IMG/VR virus record: IMGVR_UViG_3300044609_000960 | Coordinates: 64,001 to 128,000 of that record | Length of the DNA: 64,000 nt | Direction: 5' to 3' (one strand) | DNA from: a virus | Shown: positions 12,701-20,678 of the stretch, piece by piece | Numbering within the stretch: position 1 is the stretch's first letter | Layout: the number at the start of each line of letters is the position of its first letter | Position numbers and translations under genes: made by a program | The notes under the pieces: generated by a model | Told to the model about the DNA's origin: nothing | The model's input: the letters and a program-made list of their open reading frames with translations, nothing else | Database searches by the model: none

Positions 12701-13015
12701 GAGATTGAACCACTGCAAAACTCTCTAGAGAAGTTAATGCAGATAAATGGAGTATCTTTCAGATGGAAAGATCTGCCGGAAGTTGTTGGTCACCCAGGCA
12801 AGAAGGACTTCGGAATCATCGCGCAAGAAGTCGAAAAAGTATTCCCAGAGGTAGTACATGAGTCGGCTCACGAGTCACCAGATGGTGATTCATACAAGAC
12901 AGTTGCGTACGATAAGCTCGTCCCGGTACTTTTAGAGGCAATTAAGGAGCAACAAAAGCAAATCGATGATCTTAAAAAAGAGGTTGAAAGATTAAAATCT
13001 AAACTAGGAGAATAA
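6791..13015 (+). CDS. Long modular tail fibre with C-terminal intramolecular chaperone (peptidase S74)
   Basis: Gly/Ser/Asn/Trp-rich modules separated by 13 PIFYDSNDTGYY repeats; the C-terminus YSDIRLKEEI...GVSFRW...GIIAQEVEKVFPEVV...VAYDKLVPVLLEAIKEQQ is an S74 domain. Confidence 0.9.
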   Translation: MAASDKNILISPQRGSTTQVPSIVFTGDGNDPITLRVLDGVPGALSFEGGAGQLFSLTDNLTSGSIFSVNDVSGLPSIDVNASGLIQIAPLGGTVAIGKSTVVAGRTVDIKGNTHIDGTLTSTDIRFSIIYDSNDSAYYADFNGTTRLNNLHSNIATFGSRANSSNFGGNTGGLSGVSQVLEVRANGSIPLMTWHYENIATRHIGLDSSGFLQVYNPNEAGGSVLQANSSLRAPIFYDSNDTGYYIDPNSTSNFVRQYLTYNSASGLANGSFNVSSATIGGLHFTNGSGVSGSGNQAAITFMGSSASQAQAGIYVHNNNSEGTHMALCTTDSYATGPQIGLRIMNSGYSLFPRSYVEATGSFRAPIFYDSNNTGYYVDPASQTNLNYLRLANNNSIYFSTTLTAEFNHDSDSTPVAFNMIKSGNSITDSNNYGVLSLVRRNHNNSATSAGAGLYFVLKDDGGTDREYAGIYGKKTVAGASGGELVFMNYGRNEVAYCNSDFFSHTSDIRTPIFYDSNDTGFYLDPASKSRLNTLSLSDDRTLSYPGILNLGSISYNYNFLNGSWSSSITAGIMAHCADQWEIAIHDSGTRVVSPFLFDGGSNHRLLMGRDIGWGTMYIEAANSFRAPIFYDSNDTAYYLDAASSTTSLSIAGAIEQGPNFAHPNIEWSASGTSTGMVIFRLPGGTGNYGMVHMVFDYYEYNSPRTATIIVGGHNWNGAWYNVACNVAGFIDKIVRVGVKDGQYCVVFGEAGSSWSYGTIRLRKIHNGSFYNNIMDLGGVYSASQTTTESFSNISADIRESRTSGAFIASTITASTSASAPIYYDSNNTAYYTDPNGQSSLWGVAIRGDYGSTNTDNQIFFWGAGNTTTSAIGFKANGGSFGNPTGTGDGYNTYFTMDTDGRGWVFRRGVGGTDFNSAYNSGWILNNGVWQANSSMRAPIFYDSNNTGYYTDPASTSILNSLTINGTLNAYSNAIVVNRINFRDTSGSADSDPYCLRWMDESANGGLSWLELQMNDDSNEEFRIYGNSCSGYGCGEISGNLYHRFRADGWAWHSNYVEGGSSVRGPIFYDSNDTGYYVDPASTTQLNVARFASGGYTKTYSFTPAGTKGSGNYVWVRASMGGFNAGGDTVRFTITRSINDNGNDPYGGCTADFTAHSREWHGGQETCTVFYTQHGSAPYGQYITNAGPRDLAGNGYWFYMRVLQGVTYKVYVHAESGPMGNFDPASQTDPGSVPAVYTGFNILGSGGNSADFVAQNNSFGLSSVRAPIFYDYNDTGFYDDPASTSNLNLVQTRDLRALGQIRATGWYNSNSGSHTGPAIEIGVSSPGSSNGYILAYNRDNSSYINMNFNATAFNFGGQSGGFLNCDTSIRSPIFYDSNDTGYYLDPNADRSTNINGFSSRTVEYTKGTYKYNTPRPIHTSDTNYWTGTMGWGTTDFNNVMTWGSGFFDTWSSPSNSPGDTSHWVGVQAYHYVNAANSGYGWQLAGGVTDSLWWRHSWPNNSSWFKVAMYNNNANTSTFYSTLYYDSNDSGYYLDPNSTSDSALRIRGGALHGPNSSWGAYLLVGGDGRQNYTNNTTTASVCTTNGNLHIDAASGFNTYINHYDGNIIYFGNGSNGNWGEWSGSNFIAYGPVYGTIYYDRDNSSYYLNPHNASRLNLLTSDSTISYNGYETGYSGSNSNLPRTNRPYAFGFQESGAWSGTYPDLVLQYHTGVTLAGNASYDGITFKADFSDDTVIFRVNGGSNYLYKYRWMYTTSDGFYSDTNNAHWNPNVSSSYGSWRMIGGRNGWTGIYFENAGNQVNHLMFDTSNNGGFYSQSSARWWLYYNYGNNCWGVGTSTTNSAYNIYCPTGVYSAGRVDGSIFYDSNDTQYYIDGNSESRLYRLRVGPYAGSVQSGGQTGLELVNTGGTGDGNVAAMSFHCSGYYAMHLHLRHDGYFGAGGWSASTWRWYVNMTNGDMTAVGNVTAYSDIRLKEEIEPLQNSLEKLMQINGVSFRWKDLPEVVGHPGKKDFGIIAQEVEKVFPEVVHESAHESPDGDSYKTVAYDKLVPVLLEAIKEQQKQIDDLKKEVERLKSKLGE
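7166..12400 (+). repeat. 13 interspersed in-frame repeats, consensus SxRAPIFYDSNDTGYYxDPxS
   Basis: The Tyr codon of the YD core lies at 7181, 7499, 7892, 8330, 8678, 9257, 9611, 9992, 10595, 10910, 11357, 11696 and 12368 (spacing 315-672 nt). Confidence 0.95.
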
Positions 13016-13017
13016 TA

Positions 13018-13452
13018 ATGGCCCTTATTAAGGATTTTGAGATCCCAGACACTGGATTGGTTATCAAGGATGCCTATCATGTGATCACAAAAGTCGATAC
13101 TGAGAAACGTCTCAATGATATCGCGCCTCCGCCAGACTCTTCTACTTCTACAGGTTATACCCACCGTAATAATTCAGATGAGTCCCAATGGGTGTATTGG
13201 AAGGCCGGATATATTGGTCGGATATCGATAGAGATTTACACAACCAAGCAAGCACGCGAGGAGGGAAAAAAGCCCATCGGAGCGATCTGTATCAACCCTA
13301 CCGACGTTCAGGTTAACGGGTCCCTTACTACGGATATCAAGGATTTCGATTTGAGATTTTTTATAGATCCTACTAGTCAATCGAGCATAATTGACCAGGC
13401 CTACCAACATCTTCTCATGTTAGATTTTTATAAGGGCGCTATTCCTGATTAG
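13018..13452 (+). CDS. Hypothetical fibre-associated protein (chaperone/assembly?)
   Basis: 144 aa with an AGGAG SD, immediately after the S74 fibre; the MAL.K...DAYHVI...IIDQAYQHL pattern is common after phage fibres. Confidence 0.6.
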   Translation: MALIKDFEIPDTGLVIKDAYHVITKVDTEKRLNDIAPPPDSSTSTGYTHRNNSDESQWVYWKAGYIGRISIEIYTTKQAREEGKKPIGAICINPTDVQVNGSLTTDIKDFDLRFFIDPTSQSSIIDQAYQHLLMLDFYKGAIPD

Positions 13453-13455
13453 TTG

Positions 13456-13463
13456 GTTTAAAG
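13456..13463 (+). promoter_or_regulatory. Putative late promoter GTTTAAAG
   Basis: Exact motif in an intergenic gap, 27 nt before ATG 13491. Confidence 0.75.
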
Positions 13464-13490
13464 GTTTATATATTTTATACGGATTCACAT

Positions 13491-13874
13491 ATGTCTATTA
13501 CGTATTCTTGGAAAATTACTGGTATTAAAAAAGTTGATACCAAAGATGTTCAAGGTGTTATTTTTCAAACTTATTGGAAGAAAATAGGTGAGGATACCGA
13601 AGGTAATATCGGCGAGTTTGTCGGTGCTACTCCATTTGATCCTAAAACTGTCGATCCAGAAAACTTTATTTCATTTGAGAATCTTACCGAAGAACTCGTA
13701 CTTGGTTGGATTCAAAACATCGTTGTGGGTGATTATGAACGTCATGTAAATGAACGTATAGCAGAACAGATTGAAGCTAAAAAGGTTAATATTGAAGAAG
13801 TAAATGACGGTGCTTTACCATGGCAGCCTGGAGATACTCCTGTGACTCCAGCACCGACATCTGTTGCAGAATAA
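13491..13874 (+). CDS. Conserved phage fibre-associated small protein
   Basis: MSITYSWKIT...FISFENLTEELVLGWI...LPW pattern, typically found next to S74 fibres. Confidence 0.65.
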   Translation: MSITYSWKITGIKKVDTKDVQGVIFQTYWKKIGEDTEGNIGEFVGATPFDPKTVDPENFISFENLTEELVLGWIQNIVVGDYERHVNERIAEQIEAKKVNIEEVNDGALPWQPGDTPVTPAPTSVAE

Positions 13875-13888
13875 ATTGATTATTTAAT

Positions 13889-15856
13889 ATGCCTCTAGTT
13901 TCATCCGGTCAAATTAGCATCGGTGGATCCACTGTCGGCCAATCAATTAACCTAGAATTAGCAAAATCTGCTACTGCTACTTCTTCTCTTAATGACGCAG
14001 ATCTGCGATCACTTGCTGGAATTGGCAGTGGGACTATAAGCCTTAGTAGTTTTTATGGTAAGTCCCTTATATCCGCTGGCATTACCTGGGGACTCTCAAT
14101 TATTAGCGAAGATGATAGCGGAATAGCTTATTCATCTACTGGAGCGGTATATGCTGCATGTTTTTTAAATGGACAGATATATACAAGTACTGATAGAGTT
14201 AATTGGACAAAGAGAGTTAGTCCGGTCGATGTCCGTCCAATACCATCCACTAATATGCCAATTCCAAGATCCATTGCTTCAAATGGAGCTGGAAGGTTTG
14301 TCGTAGTTGGTTCAAGGGGTCTAATACTAACTAGTACTAATCAGGGAGTTACTTGGACTAATTACAGTCTTGCAACAACCAGCGCATTTTTTGAAGTAAA
14401 ATGGTTATCTGATCGATTTATTGCTGTAGGTTCTTCTGGTCTTGCTTACTATAGTACAGATGGTATTACTTGGATACAACTGGGCCTTGGAACTACCCTA
14501 CCATTATATGGTGTTGCCAGAAATGGATCTCTAACTGGGGTCATTGTAGGTGGTAGTGGGGCTATTTTATATAGCCAAAATGCTATTATTTGGACATCAA
14601 CAATCAGTGGAGCGAGTGGTGCTTTTGCTGGTGTAGCAAGAGGAACTAGTTTCTTCTTGGCTATTAATGGTACTGATAGACGTCTGTATAGAAGTACAGA
14701 TGGTATTACTTGGACGGCAAATGCTACGGCAGCTCTTAATCCAATTATAAGAATTGAATTTGCAGCGGGAGTTTTTGTTATTACTAGCAGCAATAACTTT
14801 ATCTATACTACAACTGATGGGATTACTTTAACTCTCAGAACAACCGGTAATAGTCATGTAAATGCCTCACAAATTACATGGGATGGTACCAGATTCATAA
14901 GAAGTGGCATAGGATTTCAATTATTAGAAAGTACCAATGGGACTACCTGGACTAATCCCCGTGGAACGGATAGTAGTAGGATCTGGCAGATACTTGGTAT
15001 TGCTAACAGTCCCACGGTTTGGATAAAAGTACATTATAGTGAGAGAGGACAAGGTGGACTTATACAATCCAGCCCAACTGGCACGGCCCAATGGACAACT
15101 AGAGTCGCCACTACCGCTGGTATAGGATTTTTTGGAGTGACTTATTCTGGGACTACATTTGTAGCTGTTGGGACAGGCGGAGTAGTTAGAAGAAGTACTG
15201 ATGGATTAACATGGACTTCTCCTAATAGTGGAACAACGTCACAATTAAACGCAGTAGCTGCAAGAACAACAAGTAGTATGCTCATGGTAGGACTTAGTGG
15301 TATTGCATTTACTAGCCAAGATTCTGGTTCTACTTGGACATCACAAAGTTCAGGCACTTCAAATACTCTTAGAAGCATAGCCTGGGGAGCTAATACTTAT
15401 GTCGTTGTTGGAGATTCAGGACAGATTAGAACTACCCCAGATGGTTTTACTTGGACATTTAGGAGTAGTGGAACAAGTGTAAGTAATAATTTTACTAGAG
15501 TTAAATTTGTTAATAATGTATTTATTGCGGTAGGAGATTCTGGACTAGTTCGTACTAGTACTGATGGCATAACGTGGGTTACTAGATCCGTTGGTACAAC
15601 TCAACGTATTGAAGACGTAGCTTATGGAAACGGGAGATATTTATTACTAACAAGTAAATCTGTTTCTTCAGATTTCACTGGTTATTTTCCAACAGTAATT
15701 ATATACAGCACCGATCTATCGACTTGGGGATCTACTGAAGCGGTCGGAGTAAGAGTTATAGAAAAAGTTTTACATTGGGATGGAAGTAAATTTATAACCG
15801 GAGGAGATTTTGGTTTAATGAGTCAATCACTACCACCAGCAAATGCCCAAATTTGA
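13889..15856 (+). CDS. Putative receptor-binding adhesin: fibre-tip anchor N-terminus plus BNR/Asp-box beta-propellers
   Basis: N-terminal MPLVSSGQIS...SINLEL...SLNDADLRSLAGIGSGTISLSSFYGKS, followed by many STDGITWT (SxDxGxTW) repeats. Confidence 0.75.
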   Translation: MPLVSSGQISIGGSTVGQSINLELAKSATATSSLNDADLRSLAGIGSGTISLSSFYGKSLISAGITWGLSIISEDDSGIAYSSTGAVYAACFLNGQIYTSTDRVNWTKRVSPVDVRPIPSTNMPIPRSIASNGAGRFVVVGSRGLILTSTNQGVTWTNYSLATTSAFFEVKWLSDRFIAVGSSGLAYYSTDGITWIQLGLGTTLPLYGVARNGSLTGVIVGGSGAILYSQNAIIWTSTISGASGAFAGVARGTSFFLAINGTDRRLYRSTDGITWTANATAALNPIIRIEFAAGVFVITSSNNFIYTTTDGITLTLRTTGNSHVNASQITWDGTRFIRSGIGFQLLESTNGTTWTNPRGTDSSRIWQILGIANSPTVWIKVHYSERGQGGLIQSSPTGTAQWTTRVATTAGIGFFGVTYSGTTFVAVGTGGVVRRSTDGLTWTSPNSGTTSQLNAVAARTTSSMLMVGLSGIAFTSQDSGSTWTSQSSGTSNTLRSIAWGANTYVVVGDSGQIRTTPDGFTWTFRSSGTSVSNNFTRVKFVNNVFIAVGDSGLVRTSTDGITWVTRSVGTTQRIEDVAYGNGRYLLLTSKSVSSDFTGYFPTVIIYSTDLSTWGSTEAVGVRVIEKVLHWDGSKFITGGDFGLMSQSLPPANAQI

Positions 15857-15892
15857 TAAAATAGGTTAAATAATATTGTATTAATAAAGAAA

Positions 15893-16165
15893 ATGATAGT
15901 ACATAACATCCACTCAATGAGCTGGGGAAACCTAGAAAAAACCGGTGTTGTTTTAGTGGCCGATACTAATGAAGGAAAGAATCTTACAATAGCAACCCCT
16001 TATTCAGAGGATTCTATTATCTGGGAATGGGTTAAAGAATTTCCTCAAGATCAAATTGCTGATTTTGAGTATAAAGAACCATCTCCAGAGGACACATTGG
16101 CGAAAATCCAACGGTTTTTAGACTCAAACCCAGACGTGGTAAACCTACTAAAAGTAACTCAATAA
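15893..16165 (+). CDS. Hypothetical protein (adhesin chaperone?)
   Basis: 90-aa ORF after the adhesin, preceded by the variant motif GGTTAAAT at 15864-15871. Confidence 0.6.
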   Translation: MIVHNIHSMSWGNLEKTGVVLVADTNEGKNLTIATPYSEDSIIWEWVKEFPQDQIADFEYKEPSPEDTLAKIQRFLDSNPDVVNLLKVTQ

Positions 16166-16195
16166 TAACATTTTTTGCCAAGAATCACATTTTCA

Positions 16196-16203
16196 GTTTA
16201 AAA
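16196..16203 (+). promoter_or_regulatory. Late promoter variant GTTTAAAA
   Basis: Intergenic, 30 nt before ATG 16234. Confidence 0.55.
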
Positions 16204-16233
16204 TAGATACGTACAAGCATACAGTAATTACGC

Positions 16234-16458
16234 ATGGATCCTAAAGAACTTAAGGAAAATTTTTCCACTCAACTAGAAAAACTGGACCGTGAAATCGGCC
16301 AACTTCGCCAGGCTCTAGCCCAACGTCAAGAACTTGCAGTTAAACTCCAAGGCGCTATTGAGGCTATGAATCTCCAACTCGGAGAAACTGTACAACAGGG
16401 TGCTGAGCCTGAAGCAGTGACAGAGGCCGTAGCCGAGGTTGCAACTCCTGAGTCTTGA
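16234..16458 (+). CDS. Small coiled-coil protein
   Basis: 74 aa with a heptad pattern, LEKLDREIGQLRQAL...LQGAIEAM. Confidence 0.7.
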   Translation: MDPKELKENFSTQLEKLDREIGQLRQALAQRQELAVKLQGAIEAMNLQLGETVQQGAEPEAVTEAVAEVATPES

Positions 16459-16472
16459 TTGACTAATTAATT

Positions 16473-16516
16473 AAAAAAAAATGGCGGGAAGGAAACTTTT
16501 TCCAACCCGCTTTTTT
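16473..16516. terminator. Bidirectional intrinsic terminator
   Basis: A9-TG-GCGGG-AA-GGAAA-CTT-TTTCC-AA-CCCGC-T6 between convergent genes. Confidence 0.8.
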
Positions 16517-16775
16517 ATTGCTTAAATACGATTTCAGGGCTGGAGTTCTTAGGATTCCGTCTTCCTTCTGCCAAGAATATTCGCTTAATCTTCATCCCAA
16601 GATCATAATACTCATCAAAAATATCCACTCTTCGCCCTTTGACGATATCAGTTATTTCCTTGCCCCCTTCCTCTTCTGAGTAGGTAATTCCATAGCAGTC
16701 ATTGGTGAGATATCTAGGATCTACTTGGGGGAAGTTAACATCTTCCCCAATGATCTTTATCTTACTTTTTGACAT
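16515..16775 (-). CDS. Hypothetical protein
   Basis: 86 aa, last gene of a three-gene minus-strand operon ending at the terminator. Confidence 0.7.
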   Translation of the reverse strand: MSKSKIKIIGEDVNFPQVDPRYLTNDCYGITYSEEEGGKEITDIVKGRRVDIFDEYYDLGMKIKRIFLAEGRRNPKNSSPEIVFKQ

Positions 16776-17116
16776 CTTTCGGATACCTCCACAACCCTAT
16801 TGATAAATCTCTCAACAAATTTAGGATCGGCAGGTACCAGATCATCTGGCCCATAGTCAGTAAATATACTCAAGTCGAAGATGGATGGAAGGTCAAAACG
16901 AGCGCTACTAGAATCAGGCCAACCACTAGAGATATATGAAAGAAACCCTTCTCTCATCGCCCGCGGTAAAAATCTTCCCCCGATAAGTTGCCAAATCCCT
17001 CCATCATAACAGAAAATATCTCCATTAGCAAGTACAACTACATCCCCAGGTTCCTTAGACTCTGGGAATTGAGCATTACCTCCACGGAGTCTGGTGATGA
17101 TCATTGCATTTCCCAT
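16757..17116 (-). CDS. Hypothetical protein
   Basis: 119 aa; TGATG coupling to the upstream small ORF. Confidence 0.65.
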   Translation of the reverse strand: MGNAMIITRLRGGNAQFPESKEPGDVVVLANGDIFCYDGGIWQLIGGRFLPRAMREGFLSYISSGWPDSSSARFDLPSIFDLSIFTDYGPDDLVPADPKFVERFINRVVEVSERCQKVR

Positions 17117-17292
17117 CAGTATTCGTCAGGTGACTGAGTAGATTCTATCATAGGTGCTTCGGCATCGGCACCAAAGACCTCATCAAGGGCCTTCTCAAGT
17201 TGGGCGATCATGACCTGCGTGAGGTACTTATTCCCAGAAGCCTTGGCATCACTATAAGCATCAATGAGCGTAGCTAATTCTTTCTTTCCCAT
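17116..17292 (-). CDS. Small hypothetical protein (58 aa), missing from the ORF track
   Basis: MGKKELATLIDAYSDAKASGNKYLTQVMIAQLEKALDEVFGADAEAPMIESTQSPDEY; it fills the gap and its TGA overlaps the next ATG. Confidence 0.7.
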   Translation of the reverse strand: MGKKELATLIDAYSDAKASGNKYLTQVMIAQLEKALDEVFGADAEAPMIESTQSPDEY

Positions 17293-17313
17293 GATTGCAA
17301 TTCACTCTGTCTT

Positions 17314-17321
17314 GTTTAAAG
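17314..17321 (+). promoter_or_regulatory. Putative late promoter GTTTAAAG in a divergent gap
   Basis: Exact motif 42 nt before ATG 17364. Confidence 0.7.
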
Positions 17322-17363
17322 TTACTTAGACCTATAAACTAAAACCTCGAGGTTTATTACCTG

Positions 17364-17672
17364 ATGGCTCTCAATATTAAAGATTTTGAGATTTCAAAAA
17401 CGTTTAACAACGTAGTTCTCACAACTGTAACAGGTTCTCCAGATACCGATGGAGTCCCTACTATCTCCATCCCTTCCCTACTCGAGGGATATACTCAACT
17501 CCGCGCCCAAGGCCGACTCCAAGATGGATTTGGCACAGCGATCCCTCTGGTTCTTTCACGTAACCTTATTGAGGTGGAAGCGGATCCTCTTTCTGCGAAC
17601 TCCGTAATCCGTAGGCGCGATATGCACGCTATTCGTGCTCAACAATACATTCATAATCTTATCTGGAGCTGA
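17364..17672 (+). CDS. Hypothetical (probably virion) protein
   Basis: 102 aa, first gene of a plus-strand structural operon. Confidence 0.7.
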   Translation: MALNIKDFEISKTFNNVVLTTVTGSPDTDGVPTISIPSLLEGYTQLRAQGRLQDGFGTAIPLVLSRNLIEVEADPLSANSVIRRRDMHAIRAQQYIHNLIWS

Positions 17673-17681
17673 TCTACCACC

Positions 17682-18086
17682 ATGGCAAACATTCTTCTCC
17701 CCGCAAATATCTCTAGTAATGCTCTCCGTTCTCCGACAAATATCGAGAATGCAGAAGCAAATCGTCTTATCACTGTTCCTGCTTCAACCAACCCACTCAC
17801 CGAGGCTGAACGTAATTTTGCACTTGTGACTTCATTAACAATTGCTAATAAGACTCTCGGCGCTGTTGAAGTAAATGCAAGAGTTGTTAATTCAACAACT
17901 TCAGCTTATATCCTTTATGCTGTTAGTATTCCAGCCGGAACTGCCTTTGAAGTAATCCAAGGCAATAAGTTTATCCTTAAAGAAGGAGATAGTCTCTATG
18001 TCTGGCACAACTCCACCTCGAGTAATGTTATTGATGTAATGGCTTCTTATACGATCCACGTCCCCAATAATCCATATACAGTCTGA
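17682..18086 (+). CDS. Small beta-sandwich virion protein
   Basis: VTSLTIAN...IPAGTAFEVIQGNKFILKEGDSL pattern, common in small phage structural proteins. Confidence 0.65.
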   Translation: MANILLPANISSNALRSPTNIENAEANRLITVPASTNPLTEAERNFALVTSLTIANKTLGAVEVNARVVNSTTSAYILYAVSIPAGTAFEVIQGNKFILKEGDSLYVWHNSTSSNVIDVMASYTIHVPNNPYTV

Positions 18087-18289
18087 TGCATAACGATCCT
18101 CTTAGTTCGGTGTATAAAATCGAGGGGATCTATGCTGATCCCTATGACGTAGTAAAAGCAATTAAGTCTACTCCGCAAGAACGCAAGCAAGAACTTATTG
18201 ATGCAATCAAATCTGGACATCTTGATGCCAATCCAAATGTCCTAAAAGAAATTAAAAAATTTGAGCATGAAAGAGATTTGTCTTCCTAG
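18086..18289 (+). CDS. Hypothetical protein
   Basis: 67 aa, TGATG coupling. Confidence 0.6.
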   Translation: MHNDPLSSVYKIEGIYADPYDVVKAIKSTPQERKQELIDAIKSGHLDANPNVLKEIKKFEHERDLSS

Positions 18290-18294
18290 AAAAA

Positions 18295-18302
18295 GTTTAA
18301 AG
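18295..18302 (+). promoter_or_regulatory. Putative late promoter GTTTAAAG
   Basis: Exact motif 22 nt before ATG 18325. Confidence 0.75.
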
Positions 18303-18324
18303 TAACTAAGACTAGCTCTTAGAC

Positions 18325-20658
18325 ATGAGATACATACCTGATACAGGAAAGCAATTTGTCCTTCAGGTCCCCGAGGATAAAAATTCTTACATTAATGTAA
18401 AAAATTATGATGCTAGGGGACTCTCCACGGTATTTACTGGGAGTATTTTTTCTGGACTTGAAGACCAACTATCGATTGGATCTATTTCCGATGGTGAAGG
18501 AAAGACCCTTCAGCAATATCTAGACGTCCTTTCCGTCGGAATTGAACTCCAAGCGCATATTTACAGAGGTGTAGGATCTGGAGGAGGTGATCTTCCCATC
18601 ATCTCTGTGTCAAATGTAAACCTACAAGGGGTAAATTTTTCTAGTTCGAATGTTACATCGAATCTTATTCAACCCCTTAAGTACTATATCTTTGGCTACG
18701 ATACCTCCACGGGTAAAATGCCAAATGCTGTGCAAATTGTAGGCGCAGAAGGTCAATATTCTAAGGTCCTTGATCCTAATAATTGGAATCAAGATCAATA
18801 TGTAGATATTAATTTTACAAAAACAGGTCAATACGTAGTTCCTATTATCTACAGAGTTTGGGGAACTAGAGTTGAATTCCTAGGGATGATAGGCAATGCC
18901 AAGATCGGCTTCCCTGGGGCATCAGTTCTCACCTTTAGAGATTATGGCCTCAAAGAAATCCCAAGTTGGAATAATGATCCTGACTATTGGACACCTGATT
19001 TTCTTGATAGTGTAATCTCCATTCTTGGAGGTGTTCCAACACAACTCAAGAAAATTGTTGGTAGAGAGCATCTTAAGATCATGCCACGCATCGAAGGTTC
19101 TCAACCAAACTATATTCAATGTAAGGCTGTTCCTGATGGTTCTTTGATTAATCCCGAGGATTATCAATTTGGCGATGAGGTAAAATTTGTTATTGATGAC
19201 ACTCAGCCTATCCGCAATGCTATTAACTTAGCTGCTCAAGGTAATATCAAAGAGATCTTTTTCCCTGCTGGAACTTATCACTTTAGAAATTCCTCTTTCA
19301 TCAATACTGCTTCCACAGATTATAGCAATATTTCATTTAGAGGAATTGGAGAAGGATCTATAATAAAAAGATTGAGATCTAGTATTTCTGGATCAATTAA
19401 CCCTGGCCTTATTAACTTTTCTGGACAAGGTAGTTCGGCAAGTGTAGAAGGAATTAGGTTTAGATCTTTGGTTTTTGATGGAAACCGTTCATCAACTGCG
19501 TCACTAATCGGACCTATAGCAGGATCTATCGACCCTTCGAGATATATTGCTGAGACCCTCATATTTTTAAAATACGCAAATAATATCTCAGTAACAGAAT
19601 GTAGATTTATTGACGCCGGAGGAGCTGGAGTTCATACGGAGTTTTGTTCTGCTATCCTGCTCACTAATAGCATATTTAGTCGTCTTGGTAGATCATATGA
19701 GCCAGAGGTTCGTCCTATCGAGGTATATGAGACATCAAATTCTATTGTCCAAGGAAATATTTTTGAGTTCTGTACTTCTGGCCCATATTTCTTTAGCGTA
19801 GACTTTTCCACAATTAATAACAACATCATCCGTTCTTGCGGAGACCAAGGAGTAGTTCTTGAAACTTCGTATCAATGGAACGCAGCCAATAACCTAGCTT
19901 ATTCAGACACAGACTCCTTAATCCGTTCTGTAGATCAATATAATAATGAATACTCTAAGGCTCCGATTGAGATCCGTAGAGGCACTGCTCTTGAACCAAT
20001 TTACTTCACCGTAACAAATGGTGGTGAAACTATTGGAATTAAGAAAGACACTATTATTGCCGATATCTACGGGTTAGACGCTCTAGGTAGAAAGAATGCT
20101 TCAAATAAAATTGGATCATTTAAAGTTATTCAGACTGCCGACCAACTCGAAGCTGGAATCTTTTCAGTTACTCTACCTGGATTACAATCTGCCACAATCG
20201 ATGGCAATACAGTTCCTTCTACATCAAGTTTCTCTCTTCTAGACCCGGGTAGTAATCAATTTGGGTATATGTATGAGATCTCAGGTACTGTACGTCTAGG
20301 ATCTTCTGGCAGAGGGTATGTCCCAGTAAATATCCGAAATGCAAATATCGGTGGTACAAACTACCTTGCAATTCAACTCAGAAATTCTTCTGAACTACTC
20401 TCATTCTTAATTTTTGATGCGGATAGTGCGGAGAATGACTACATCATCATTGAAGGATTCTCAAATACCGATCTTGATGGATGGGATCAAAATTCTGCTT
20501 ATAGAGTTGTTGGTGTAGACATCAATAGTAATTCTCTCCTCATCGATCCAATCCCCAGCTTATCGCCAGGGACCACCGGAGTAGATTTCCTTGGAGGTCA
20601 ACTCTATATCCAACGTTCTAATTACCAAATTGCCGACGGCAACATTATCGTAAACTGA
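18325..20658 (+). CDS. Right-handed beta-helix (pectate-lyase-like) structural protein
   Basis: DDTQPIRNAIN...IFFPAGTY...ISFRGIG...IRFRSLVFDGN followed by parallel beta-helix repeats. Confidence 0.8.
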   Translation: MRYIPDTGKQFVLQVPEDKNSYINVKNYDARGLSTVFTGSIFSGLEDQLSIGSISDGEGKTLQQYLDVLSVGIELQAHIYRGVGSGGGDLPIISVSNVNLQGVNFSSSNVTSNLIQPLKYYIFGYDTSTGKMPNAVQIVGAEGQYSKVLDPNNWNQDQYVDINFTKTGQYVVPIIYRVWGTRVEFLGMIGNAKIGFPGASVLTFRDYGLKEIPSWNNDPDYWTPDFLDSVISILGGVPTQLKKIVGREHLKIMPRIEGSQPNYIQCKAVPDGSLINPEDYQFGDEVKFVIDDTQPIRNAINLAAQGNIKEIFFPAGTYHFRNSSFINTASTDYSNISFRGIGEGSIIKRLRSSISGSINPGLINFSGQGSSASVEGIRFRSLVFDGNRSSTASLIGPIAGSIDPSRYIAETLIFLKYANNISVTECRFIDAGGAGVHTEFCSAILLTNSIFSRLGRSYEPEVRPIEVYETSNSIVQGNIFEFCTSGPYFFSVDFSTINNNIIRSCGDQGVVLETSYQWNAANNLAYSDTDSLIRSVDQYNNEYSKAPIEIRRGTALEPIYFTVTNGGETIGIKKDTIIADIYGLDALGRKNASNKIGSFKVIQTADQLEAGIFSVTLPGLQSATIDGNTVPSTSSFSLLDPGSNQFGYMYEISGTVRLGSSGRGYVPVNIRNANIGGTNYLAIQLRNSSELLSFLIFDADSAENDYIIIEGFSNTDLDGWDQNSAYRVVGVDINSNSLLIDPIPSLSPGTTGVDFLGGQLYIQRSNYQIADGNIIVN

Positions 20659-20678
20659 TTCACTAATTCCTCTTTACC

